From an uncultured archaeon (GTDB lineage: Archaea; Thermoproteota; EX4484-205; JAAOZP01): DNA of 10,262 nt. The position numbers were made by a program, and so were the translations under genes. Location of the stretch: assembly GCA_938045545.1 (NCBI GenBank), contig CALIBN010000051.1, positions 1 to 10,262 of the forward strand, given 5' to 3'. Positions 1-8,000 of the stretch are shown here, in pieces. The notes under the pieces are model-generated. The model had not been told where the DNA came from. It worked only from the letters and a program-made list of their open reading frames with translations, and did not search any database. Each line of letters starts with the position of its first letter. Within the stretch, counting starts at the first letter, position 1.

Positions 1-3000
1 CCCGTTTGAAAGGGTGAACGCGTTGAACCCGAAGCTCTTCTCAACCTGCCTCCCGGGTACTACTTGCAGGTCCTCCTTAAGGAGCTCAAAGATCGCTGGG
101 ATGCGTTCCTCAGCCTTGAAAGCGAAGACTAGGTATTTAGAGTCTCCAAGGGCTTTTTCCTCAGCGTAGGTTAGAAGGCTTTTTAGAACTATGTTTCCCT
201 TGGCGAACTCGAACTCCACGACGGTGCCTTTCTGGATGCCTGGGTAGAGCTGCCCCGCGAGACCCTTCTCAACGCCAACTTCTATTCCATCGGTGCCAAA
301 GCCGAATATTCTTACGACATCCGGGCCGAGCTTTGAGAACTGGTCGAAGGCATGCTTGAACTCAGCAAAGCGGAGCATAGTCTGAAAGTCTCTCCCTGCT
401 GTTTGAGAGAGCTGCATGGCCTCCCCGGGGCTGAGCTGGAGCAGGGAGTAAAGCTTGCCTCTTAGCAGTGGGCTACCCAGCCACTCCATTATGTCGCTGG
501 CATGCTGGCTTAAGAATTCGCCAGGCATCCTCGACGCCCACTCTAACATGCTCGCGATGTACAACGCATCCTGCCTGCTCGCCAGAGCGTCGCTTAGAAT
601 CATGTTCACCAAGCCCTTCGCATCAGGGGCGTCGAGATGGGGATACAGCTTCCCTATGCTTCTGGCTATTGCTGATGCTATCGGTGTGCCATAGTTCTCC
701 TCAATCCCGTAGAGCTTCCCGTAGATTCCTGGGTCGCTCCTAAGCTCGCTTGACATTCTAAGCATAGCTACGTCGAGGGCTATCTGCTTCCCCACGAAAA
801 CGCCCAGCGGAGCCCCAATCACCGCGCCTATTATCGATGCTCTAGCGCTATCATCCATCGTCGGGTCTGTTAAGGCCCTTATGGGTGCGACGATCACTCC
901 AAGCGGGCTGACGGTCAACGCCTCCTTAACGTCCCCGGTCGCCGCGTAAACCAGGAGTGAGCTCGCAACACTAATGCCTAGGCCGGCTAGGGCGACGGGG
1001 GAGACCTGGAGGGTTAGGCCAGCTATCGTTATGGGTATCGGTGTTAAGGCGAAGGATAGTGCTGTCAGAAGCGCAGCGGTGCCGAATCCAGCTAGGAATC
1101 CTCCCATGGTTTCAAACGGGTGCCTCGCTATAGTCCTTCCAACGTCGAAGTTCTCAAAGCTCTCGAGAATCTTTTGCTTTGCGACGAGCCTCCCGTTCCT
1201 CAATACTTTGACGACGAAGTTGCAGGTCACTTGGCCGCTTGGCCAGTACGCAACGTTCGTGCTGTAGCTACCGTATTCTCTCTCCTCAGTCCTCCTTATC
1301 CACGCTGTAAAAGCCAGCGAGTATGAGGCTCCCCCTGAAGGTATCGTTAGGAGCCAGCTGTCCGGCTCCGCAACGGGAACCATGGTTATCCTCTTAATGG
1401 CCTCGGGCCCGTGGGGCTGGTCATCCGGAAGTATCCTCTCAACCCTCTCCTCGTTCTCAACATCTATGACAACCCGGTAAGTTAAAGTATCGCTTGTGGG
1501 GTTAGCGACGGAGATCTTCAAAGTATTCTGCTTGCCGAGCATGTTAAGCTCATTCCTCTCTACCGAGGCCTGCAGTATCCTCATGCTGAACCTTATCGGG
1601 TTCGATGCTGAAACCTTAACGCTCTTAACAACGTAGCCCTCCTTCTCATACTTCCACGCAAGATTTTCGTCGAGGGTTTCGCAGACAAGCTCAAGAGCCT
1701 CGCCGCTGTCGACAACCTTGGGAACAAGATAGTATTTAGTCGGGTCATTATACTTCGCTCTAACAACGCTCTCGGGCACGTTCGACTCGACGAGGATTCT
1801 TTGGCCAACATCCATCTCGACGTTGCTCTTAACGAGGGTCCAGCTCGCCCCGGTCTCCTCCTTCATGACCACGATTGGAACCTGGTACTTCTCCCAGTGG
1901 AAAACTTTGTACCTTACTACTCCTCCCTCAAGATAGTATAGCTTGTAGAGGTCAACGGTGTAGCTCACCGTCTCCCTCTTCCTAAACTCCTTAATGTAGG
2001 GTGGAGTAGGGTACTGGTTTGCGACGCTCTCCTCAAACGTTCCAAGGAGTTTCTTGTTCTCAATCTTATAGAACGCTTCATACCTCTCGTCCGGGGGAAC
2101 GTTTTCAGGCTTACTCTCAACATCACCCTGGTAAACCCACTCTCCATATCCGCCGACGTGGACGCTGACATCATCCACGTAAAGCTCGCTGTTCTCGGAT
2201 GCTACGAACGATATGGTATAGTAACCAGCTTGACTAAAAACGTCAGAGGAGTCTCTACGGAACCTAGCCCAGCTGCTACTCCCTCCTAAAGCGAAGACGT
2301 AAGCGGAGCCATCTGGCTTCTTTACCGCAACTGCACCGCTTCCCCTCAGGATATACCAGAATTCTAATACTGGGCTTGAGCCTCCTACGTCGAAGTAGAA
2401 GGTCTGCCTCCATGCTCCTCTCCCATTTCTAGAGACTATCCTTAGGCTGCTCGGGCCGCTTCTGAAAGTTGACGAGCATATCTCCCCGCTGGCTTCGCCG
2501 AGGCTCTCGAAACCCCAGCCTCCGCCTGAGGAAATGTTTCCGTTAGCGATGTACTCGTGAAGCGGGTGGACAACGTACCTGTAGTAATGGTACAGTAGTT
2601 TCCATGTTGCGTTGTAAACATCGTAGTAAGATATCTCTCTGGTTATCGTCGAGGTGTTATGCTTCTCAGCGACGTATCGTGGATCAATGCTCATCAATGC
2701 TTGTGCCTCCCACTCCGTGACTATTCCAAGGTAAACCCTGGATGTCCAGTTCACAACCTCCGGAGAATAGATCCACGTCGCCATATCGTATGCCTCAGGC
2801 GTCTTGTTCACGTAGCCCTTGAAGACCCAGCCCAACCTCTCCTCATAGTGGGTCTCGTTCCAAACCCTGTAGTATGGTTGAAGCCCATAGACATCGTAAA
2901 CCGGCTTTAAGAATGTTGCCTTAACATAATACTGCTTAACCTCCCTCGCAACGGTTTCAGTCCTCGTAGCTGTTTCCTCGTAGGATTCTACTTCGCAAGA

Positions 3001-4947
3001 TCTGTATGCCATGCCTTTCTCTTCTACCCATCTCTTCAGGCTTGGCTCAACAACCTGCCTAGAGGCCTCAGCATCCTCCCTAGACGGGAAGCCCTTCGCG
3101 TAGCTCGGCAATTCCTCTATGCTGACCTTCTTCTCCTCATACCCATTCGGGGCAACAACCTGATATGCTTTCTTTGTCTCATAGTGAGAAGTATCTATTC
3201 TACGGTATATTCTCCACGCTACAACGCTTCCTTCCTCCTGCCTCTCCCCAGTCTTGTAGAGCCTTGGCGAGTATGGCCCCCTGGAGGTTTCGTAGTAGTA
3301 CTCCTCCCCGTATTCGTTAACACCTTTCGAAAGCTCGGCCTCCCTAACCATTCTCTCGAAATCATCTTTTCCAATCTCAACGCTGCCGATAACGTTCAAT
3401 CTATTTATTGGAGAACACTTGTCAAAAACGTAAACAATTACAGTCTCCCTAACCTCCTCAACCATGTAGTTGCCCTCATCCCTTGCAACCATGATCGCCT
3501 CACGCCTGTCCCTGGTTTCCCTCTCGAACTCAAGCCTGTAGGAGTATACCCAGACCTTCTTCTCAACCTCCCTTATCTCAGCCAATTCGAACATCGCGGG
3601 GTGAGCATAAAGGTAGTTCTCCGCATCCCAGTAATAGTTGAACTCACCCTTCACCTCATACCTCGTCACCCTGACCGTCGGGACTATGGCATACTTTGTC
3701 TCAACCCTGGTTACCTCCCTTGACTCAGTCTTAAGAATAGTATTTGAAACGATCCTCGTGGCGTTAGCATAACCCTTAACCTCGCTCTCCTTGGCCAACG
3801 CGTCGTCCAGTGTTTCGAAAGGACCGTAGGTTTTCTCCTCGCTCCCGTAGCCCGATAGGACGTAGCGCCTGTCCCCAACATTTACCTCGCTCGAGCCGCT
3901 TTGAAGGTAAACGTCGTAGACAATTGTCTTATTGCTCGCCTTCCTATATACTGCGTAACCCATCGCGTTAAGGGATATTGTTACCTCAACGTTTCCAGCA
4001 TCATCCCTCTCTACTGCTATGCCGCTAAGATCATAGGTTGAAAGCATGCTCAGCTCGGGTTCGCTCCTTATCGCTAACGCGAGCTCTTCGCTGCTCCACC
4101 CCTCAGCAATGGCTTTCGAGACAATGTCCTTCAACCTGTCCTCGCTGAACCTGGATTCCTCGCCAACGGCTAGCATGATTCCGTTGATGGGCGATTCGGC
4201 GCTAAGGATGAGAGCAATAAGGATAGTTGCGGTCACTGTTCTTCTCACGCCTCCATCCTTGGGCCAGAACCTTTTTCTCTTAACATCCCTATCCTCAGCC
4301 TTCTCCTCATCTGTTGGAAGGGCGAGGCTTATCACGGTCGGTATTAGAAGGGAATCTGTGAATAAACCTAGGAGGCCGTATATTGAAAGAATTGTGAGCA
4401 TCAGAAAAACTAGGACAACTATTGAGAGAAACCTGCCTAAGCCCATCCGGAGCCTCCCCTCAGCTAGAGAAGTCACAAGCCAGACGAGTGGAAGGGTGAA
4501 TATGAGCGAGGCTGCTACTCCAGCCCCATAGCTCATTGTCAGGAGTTTTAACGCTTCTTGGGAAACGTTTGCTGAGAAGGCAGTTTGACAACCTGAGAAG
4601 GCCAGGATGGCCAAGCATGCAGCGGTGGAGATGGATGCAAGGAGGAACCCCCTAGCCAGCTTTCCACCGTTTCTCTTCAAGCCCTCCGCAACGCCCTCAT
4701 GCTTGACGATGAAGAGCGATGCAGCATAAGTTAGCACGAGGAGCATGTTGAGGAAGACGAACGCGATGGTTACGGTTAGAATTAGTCTAGCAGTTAGAAC
4801 GCCGTTGACGATTAGCTCAGCGATATCAGGAGCCAATAGAAAGAGTAGGCCAGCTATCGTGAAGTACGCTATTGCCGCATTGACCAGGCATATTGGCCAG
4901 GCTTTAGCGAGGCTCAGGAAGCCCTTAAGCATGCCACGCCTGCTCAT
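1..4947 (-). CDS. Giant multi-domain membrane-anchored surface protein, at least 1649 aa, truncated by the window edge (adhesin or polymorphic-toxin-like)
   Basis: Manual translation from ATG at 4947 (MSRRGMLKGFLSLAKAWPICLVNAAIAYF...) finds no in-frame stop down to position 1 (...KSFGFNAFTLSNG). The start overlaps the upstream stop as ATGA (4944-4947). There are about 5-7 hydrophobic helices in aa 1-255, a Tyr/Val/Glu-rich beta region, a CBM-like domain (IANGNISSGGGWGF...LYVDDVSV), an Ig-like segment (TLKISVANPTSDTLTYRVVI) and a hydrophobic Gly/Ala segment at aa ~1282-1386. The ORF is certain; the function is inferred. Confidence 0.92.
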   Translation of the reverse strand, partial: MSRRGMLKGFLSLAKAWPICLVNAAIAYFTIAGLLFLLAPDIAELIVNGVLTARLILTVTIAFVFLNMLLVLTYAASLFIVKHEGVAEGLKRNGGKLARGFLLASISTAACLAILAFSGCQTAFSANVSQEALKLLTMSYGAGVAASLIFTLPLVWLVTSLAEGRLRMGLGRFLSIVVLVFLMLTILSIYGLLGLFTDSLLIPTVISLALPTDEEKAEDRDVKRKRFWPKDGGVRRTVTATILIALILSAESPINGIMLAVGEESRFSEDRLKDIVSKAIAEGWSSEELALAIRSEPELSMLSTYDLSGIAVERDDAGNVEVTISLNAMGYAVYRKASNKTIVYDVYLQSGSSEVNVGDRRYVLSGYGSEEKTYGPFETLDDALAKESEVKGYANATRIVSNTILKTESREVTRVETKYAIVPTVRVTRYEVKGEFNYYWDAENYLYAHPAMFELAEIREVEKKVWVYSYRLEFERETRDRREAIMVARDEGNYMVEEVRETVIVYVFDKCSPINRLNVIGSVEIGKDDFERMVREAELSKGVNEYGEEYYYETSRGPYSPRLYKTGERQEEGSVVAWRIYRRIDTSHYETKKAYQVVAPNGYEEKKVSIEELPSYAKGFPSREDAEASRQVVEPSLKRWVEEKGMAYRSCEVESYEETATRTETVAREVKQYYVKATFLKPVYDVYGLQPYYRVWNETHYEERLGWVFKGYVNKTPEAYDMATWIYSPEVVNWTSRVYLGIVTEWEAQALMSIDPRYVAEKHNTSTITREISYYDVYNATWKLLYHYYRYVVHPLHEYIANGNISSGGGWGFESLGEASGEICSSTFRSGPSSLRIVSRNGRGAWRQTFYFDVGGSSPVLEFWYILRGSGAVAVKKPDGSAYVFALGGSSSWARFRRDSSDVFSQAGYYTISFVASENSELYVDDVSVHVGGYGEWVYQGDVESKPENVPPDERYEAFYKIENKKLLGTFEESVANQYPTPPYIKEFRKRETVSYTVDLYKLYYLEGGVVRYKVFHWEKYQVPIVVMKEETGASWTLVKSNVEMDVGQRILVESNVPESVVRAKYNDPTKYYLVPKVVDSGEALELVCETLDENLAWKYEKEGYVVKSVKVSASNPIRFSMRILQASVERNELNMLGKQNTLKISVANPTSDTLTYRVVIDVENEERVERILPDDQPHGPEAIKRITMVPVAEPDSWLLTIPSGGASYSLAFTAWIRRTEEREYGSYSTNVAYWPSGQVTCNFVVKVLRNGRLVAKQKILESFENFDVGRTIARHPFETMGGFLAGFGTAALLTALSFALTPIPITIAGLTLQVSPVALAGLGISVASSLLVYAATGDVKEALTVSPLGVIVAPIRALTDPTMDDSARASIIGAVIGAPLGVFVGKQIALDVAMLRMSSELRSDPGIYGKLYGIEENYGTPIASAIARSIGKLYPHLDAPDAKGLVNMILSDALASRQDALYIASMLEWASRMPGEFLSQHASDIMEWLGSPLLRGKLYSLLQLSPGEAMQLSQTAGRDFQTMLRFAEFKHAFDQFSKLGPDVVRIFGFGTDGIEVGVEKGLAGQLYPGIQKGTVVEFEFAKGNIVLKSLLTYAEEKALGDSKYLVFAFKAEERIPAIFELLKEDLQVVPGRQVEKSFGFNAFTLSNG

Positions 4948-6419
4948 AGCCTCACCCTCGCCTTCTCATAGGCTGTTATTCCGTTCCTGCCCTCAGCGGG
5001 ATAGATGGTTACCTCGGAGCCCGAGCCGGTTATCCTGAAGCAAACCCTGCCGTTTAAATCGGTCACCCCGCTCTGGTCTGTCTCGAAGCACCTTACTCTA
5101 AACCCTGCCACCGGGCTGTTGTCATGGGCCCAGAAGGCTCTTGCATTAACGTTTTCCCCATTTCTCTCAGCCGAGACCACGATGTGGGTGAAGACAAGGG
5201 TAAGCTGGGGAATCCTTACGGCTAGCTCAAGCTCATCGCTCCTATTCTTAGATGAGAAGCCAACACTCCTAGAGACGTTCAGCTCCTGGAAAACCCTAGT
5301 TACGCCCGAGCCCGTTTCAACACCGCCTCTAATTTTCTCGATAACCCATCCATTAGAAGCATAGTAGCTTATTGTCTGGTTGAATCCGACGGTTGAACCG
5401 CTATTCGTCCATATCGCCGAACCTATGAGAGTCCCCCCGGCCACCTTGGTCTCACGCTTAATCTCAGTAACCAAGTATTTGGCTGAGGTGAAGCCAACCT
5501 CGTCGCCATTGCTGATGGCTACAGCAATCCTATGGATACCGGCTTCCCCGGAGCCCTCGTCGAAAACCGCGTCGATAGCGAAGCCATCGCTGGGGCTAAC
5601 AGTGGGAGCAGGCTCTCCAACCCTTATCACAACAGGGCTTGCGAAGGACCAGCAGTCCTTATTTATTCCTTGGAAAACTGCTTTCTGAACGTTTCCGGGT
5701 GCCCCGCTGCCAGTCTTCTCAAACCCGTTCCACACTGCTCTCCAACTCATGTTTCTCACGCCGGATGCCTGTGGAAGCCTGAACGTGAAGACGTGTGTTA
5801 CGCTTCCATCCAGGGTTGCCTCTGCAGAATGGCTTTCAGCCGTTACTGTCCCGCCTCCCTCAAGCCTGATGTCCATTGCAGCGTAATGCAGGTCGCGCTC
5901 CTCGAAGCACGAGGAAACCTTAACAGTAATGCCTATGGTGAGCTTAACCTCATGCGTCCCCTGGCTTAGGACAGCCGCCTTAGAATAGCATTTCGCCCAC
6001 CAATACTCCTTGCTAAGCTCGTAGACCCTGTTTCCATCGACCTCAAGCCTGAGATACTTGTCTTCAACACTCCAGCCGTTGGGAACAGGGTTGCGGTCGT
6101 CTCCGCAAACGTAGACAACCGCTGATAAACCGTCGGGTATGTTTACCCTCGCGGTCGTAGACTTCGCATCACTATACTTCCCCTGCCCAGCTCTGGCGTC
6201 GATATGCAGGTATCCTGTCCCACCGTTCCATATCCTCTCGTCGATAACATAGGTTATCGTCACACTGTCTGTTTTCAAGCCAGCCCAAGAGTATGAGGAT
6301 GGTGCTGCGGAGACAAGTGGCTTGTTGAGCATACTGCTTAAACTCGCCAAAAGGAGAAGCGTGAAGAACGCTGAGAATAACATTGCTGAAAACAGGCGCC
6401 TCAAGCCACGCCCACCCAT
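4944..6419 (-). CDS. Secreted/cell-surface beta-rich protein, 491 aa
   Basis: Signal-peptide-like N-terminus (MGGRGLRRLFSAMLFSAFFTLLLLASLSS...VSA). Jelly-roll/PA14-like segment (YLRLEVDGNRVY...LSQGTHEVKLTI). C-terminal Ig-like or carboxypeptidase-regulatory-like segment (NSPVAGFRV...GVTDLNGRVCF). Sequons NMS, NQT, NVS, NRS. Confidence 0.85.
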   Translation of the reverse strand: MGGRGLRRLFSAMLFSAFFTLLLLASLSSMLNKPLVSAAPSSYSWAGLKTDSVTITYVIDERIWNGGTGYLHIDARAGQGKYSDAKSTTARVNIPDGLSAVVYVCGDDRNPVPNGWSVEDKYLRLEVDGNRVYELSKEYWWAKCYSKAAVLSQGTHEVKLTIGITVKVSSCFEERDLHYAAMDIRLEGGGTVTAESHSAEATLDGSVTHVFTFRLPQASGVRNMSWRAVWNGFEKTGSGAPGNVQKAVFQGINKDCWSFASPVVIRVGEPAPTVSPSDGFAIDAVFDEGSGEAGIHRIAVAISNGDEVGFTSAKYLVTEIKRETKVAGGTLIGSAIWTNSGSTVGFNQTISYYASNGWVIEKIRGGVETGSGVTRVFQELNVSRSVGFSSKNRSDELELAVRIPQLTLVFTHIVVSAERNGENVNARAFWAHDNSPVAGFRVRCFETDQSGVTDLNGRVCFRITGSGSEVTIYPAEGRNGITAYEKARVRL

Positions 6420-6440
6420 AAATGGTAAACGCGTAGGCTC

Positions 6441-6456
6441 GAAATAAGGCTTTCCA
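6441..6456 (-). promoter_or_regulatory. Putative BRE/TATA promoter of the surface-protein operon (leaderless)
   Basis: Minus strand reads TGGAAAGCCTTATTTC, ending about 22 nt before the ATG at 6419, which fits archaeal promoter spacing. Confidence 0.4.
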
Positions 6457-6686
6457 GAATGCCTTTCTTGTGACGCTAGGGCTGAGCCACAATAGTAACT
6501 GTCTTTAGTACAAGCTCAGAGAGACGTTTGTTTTAAACATGCTATTATTCAAGTTTGAAAGCCTGAAAACGATCTAAAACTGATCAATTTCCTCAATATC
6601 CGACGAACGGTCTTCCATCATATTAATAAGCTTCGAAAAGGTATCTAAATCTTCACGTAGAACACAGAAAAACAAGAAAAGAATAG

Positions 6687-6811
6687 TTAGCGTGCGCTAG
6701 TCTAAAACGAAGACACGCGCGCAAGTGGCTAGGGATGGCCGTGTACGAGTGCTGACTGGAAAAATATTCCCTGAAGATTCGGCATCCTAGCAGATCGTGA
6801 GCACGCGCTAA
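6687..6811. ncRNA. Candidate structured non-coding RNA, unknown family
   Basis: Nested helices: 6687-6698 with 6800-6811, 6728-6741 with 6780-6791, 6758-6761 with 6767-6770. It is a GC-rich island in AT-rich intergenic DNA. TTATATAA lies at 6828-6835 and a minus-strand T-rich tract at 6664-6685. Confidence 0.4.
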
Positions 6812-6893
6812 AAGCAGTTTTAAGGCGTTATATAAGCTGTATATGCGGGATCATGCAAAAATATAATAGCATCATGTTGCATCAAGATACGGT

Positions 6894-7370
6894 TTGGTGA
6901 CGATCCTAGGAAGGAAGAAAAGGGAGGAAGATCTTGAGAGGGAGCTCATGGAGTTGAGGGAAAGGTATAGCTCGCTTGAGAGGAGGCTTGAGGAGGTAAT
7001 TGAGAAAACGGAGAAGGTTGAAAAGGGAGCGAGGCTTTTGACAGAAGCAGTTTACAAGATAATCGCCTACCTGAAGGATCTGGAATGGACGAGAGAAGAG
7101 AAAGCCCTGAAGCCTGAAGCCAAACCCATAGCAGTAGCCGAAGAGAAGCCCGTGAAAAAAGAATCTTTAAATGAAACCGAGAGTAAATTGTTGGAGGAAG
7201 TTGATAAAAAGGGAGTTTTAACCGTAAATGAATGCTATGAACGTGTTGGTAAATCCCGGGAGCATGTCAGCAGGATGCTTAAACAACTGGTTGATAAAGG
7301 AGTCTTAACAAGAGAGAGAAAAGGGAAAATCTTCTACTACAGGCGTGTGGAAAAAGCACGTGCGCTATAG
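6894..7370 (+). CDS. Coiled-coil plus winged-helix (MarR/ArsR-like) DNA-binding protein
   Basis: N-terminal heptad pattern (LERELMELRERYSSLERRLEEVIEKTEKVE). C-terminal wHTH (LNETESKLLEEV...LTVNECYERVGKSREHVSRMLKQLVDKGVLTRERKGKIFYY). TATA-like AAAAATATAATA at 6857-6868. Confidence 0.88.
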   Translation: MVTILGRKKREEDLERELMELRERYSSLERRLEEVIEKTEKVEKGARLLTEAVYKIIAYLKDLEWTREEKALKPEAKPIAVAEEKPVKKESLNETESKLLEEVDKKGVLTVNECYERVGKSREHVSRMLKQLVDKGVLTRERKGKIFYYRRVEKARAL

Positions 7371-7465
7371 CTGTCACTACTCGTTCCTGAGGAGGAGACT
7401 GCAGCTTGTAAACATACTCTTTACCGCCAAAGCCTGAGAGAAGCGATCGTGGAGAACCGCTTTTA

Positions 7466-7966
7466 TTAAGGATGCGTTGATGCATTAAAAGGGCTTATTG
7501 ATATGGGAGCTACGGCCTGATAGACGTACTCCCTACCTCTCTTTCTCCTCATCAAGAGCCCCCTGTCATGCAACCTCATGAGATAGGTAGCGACAGTACT
7601 CAGCTGGATGGGCCTATTCAACCTCTCCTCGTATCTGTTCTTAATGTCCTTCGAAGAGAAAGGCGCGACCCCGAATTCCCTTATGACTTTTAGGATGTCG
7701 TTTAACGTACCTCCCTGCCCGTGAAATGCTTCGAGAACCTGCTCATCGTTAAGATTCCTCGTAGTCTTTTCTAGAAATAGGGAAGAAAGCATGTCTTGGT
7801 TTCCCTTTGAAAGCATCAGAGGAAGGAGCTTGGAAAGCATGGATACGTAATTATCGAGCTCGCTGCCTTCTAGCTTAAGAGAGAGGTTCATATCTGAACC
7901 GTTAGAGAAGTGAATCTCGAGCTTTTTCCTGCTATTTTTGTTAATCACGGCCAATTGATTTTCCAA
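7466..7966 (-). CDS. Winged-helix DNA-binding protein divergent from orc1/cdc6
   Basis: C-terminal wHTH of BlaI/CopY-like pattern (FSSKDIKNRYEERLNRPIQLSTVATYLMRLHDRGLLMRRKRGREYVY). Short N-terminal beta-hairpin/helix module. The TTG start is uncertain. Confidence 0.85.
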   Translation of the reverse strand: MENQLAVINKNSRKKLEIHFSNGSDMNLSLKLEGSELDNYVSMLSKLLPLMLSKGNQDMLSSLFLEKTTRNLNDEQVLEAFHGQGGTLNDILKVIREFGVAPFSSKDIKNRYEERLNRPIQLSTVATYLMRLHDRGLLMRRKRGREYVYQAVAPISISPFNASTHP

Positions 7967-8000
7967 TATGTTTCCAGTAAATAAGCGTTAACAAGCGTTT

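Noticed and set aside
1893-1904. ORB-like CCCAGTGGAAAA inside the giant ORF
   Set aside because: Isolated, within coding sequence (FHWE codons), with no G-string; likely chance.
1593-2174. Minus-strand ORFs 1593-1811 and 1965-2174
   Set aside because: They are out-of-frame overlaps inside the giant ORF with Arg/Ser-rich, non-protein-like composition.
455-5969. Plus-strand ORFs in the track (455-694, 468-743, 974-1267, 1120-1326, 2659-2910, 3184-3723, 4046-4531, 4745-5038, 5005-5364, 5380-5688, 5532-5969)
   Set aside because: All are antisense shadows of the two long minus-strand genes and lack recognisable motifs.
6172-6492. 106-aa minus-strand ORF
   Set aside because: It overlaps the 491-aa gene in another frame and has no motif support.
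6731-6794. Box C/D sRNA or hammerhead reading of the structured element (CTGA 6752, CTGAAGA 6771, CAGA 6791)
   Set aside because: The C box would be a poor GGGATGG and the putative guide pairs internally. No GAAA and stem arrangement completes a hammerhead core. It also lacks 5S rRNA, SRP and RNase P signatures.
7279-7485. 68-aa minus-strand ORF
   Set aside because: It overlaps both wHTH genes and has no coding support.
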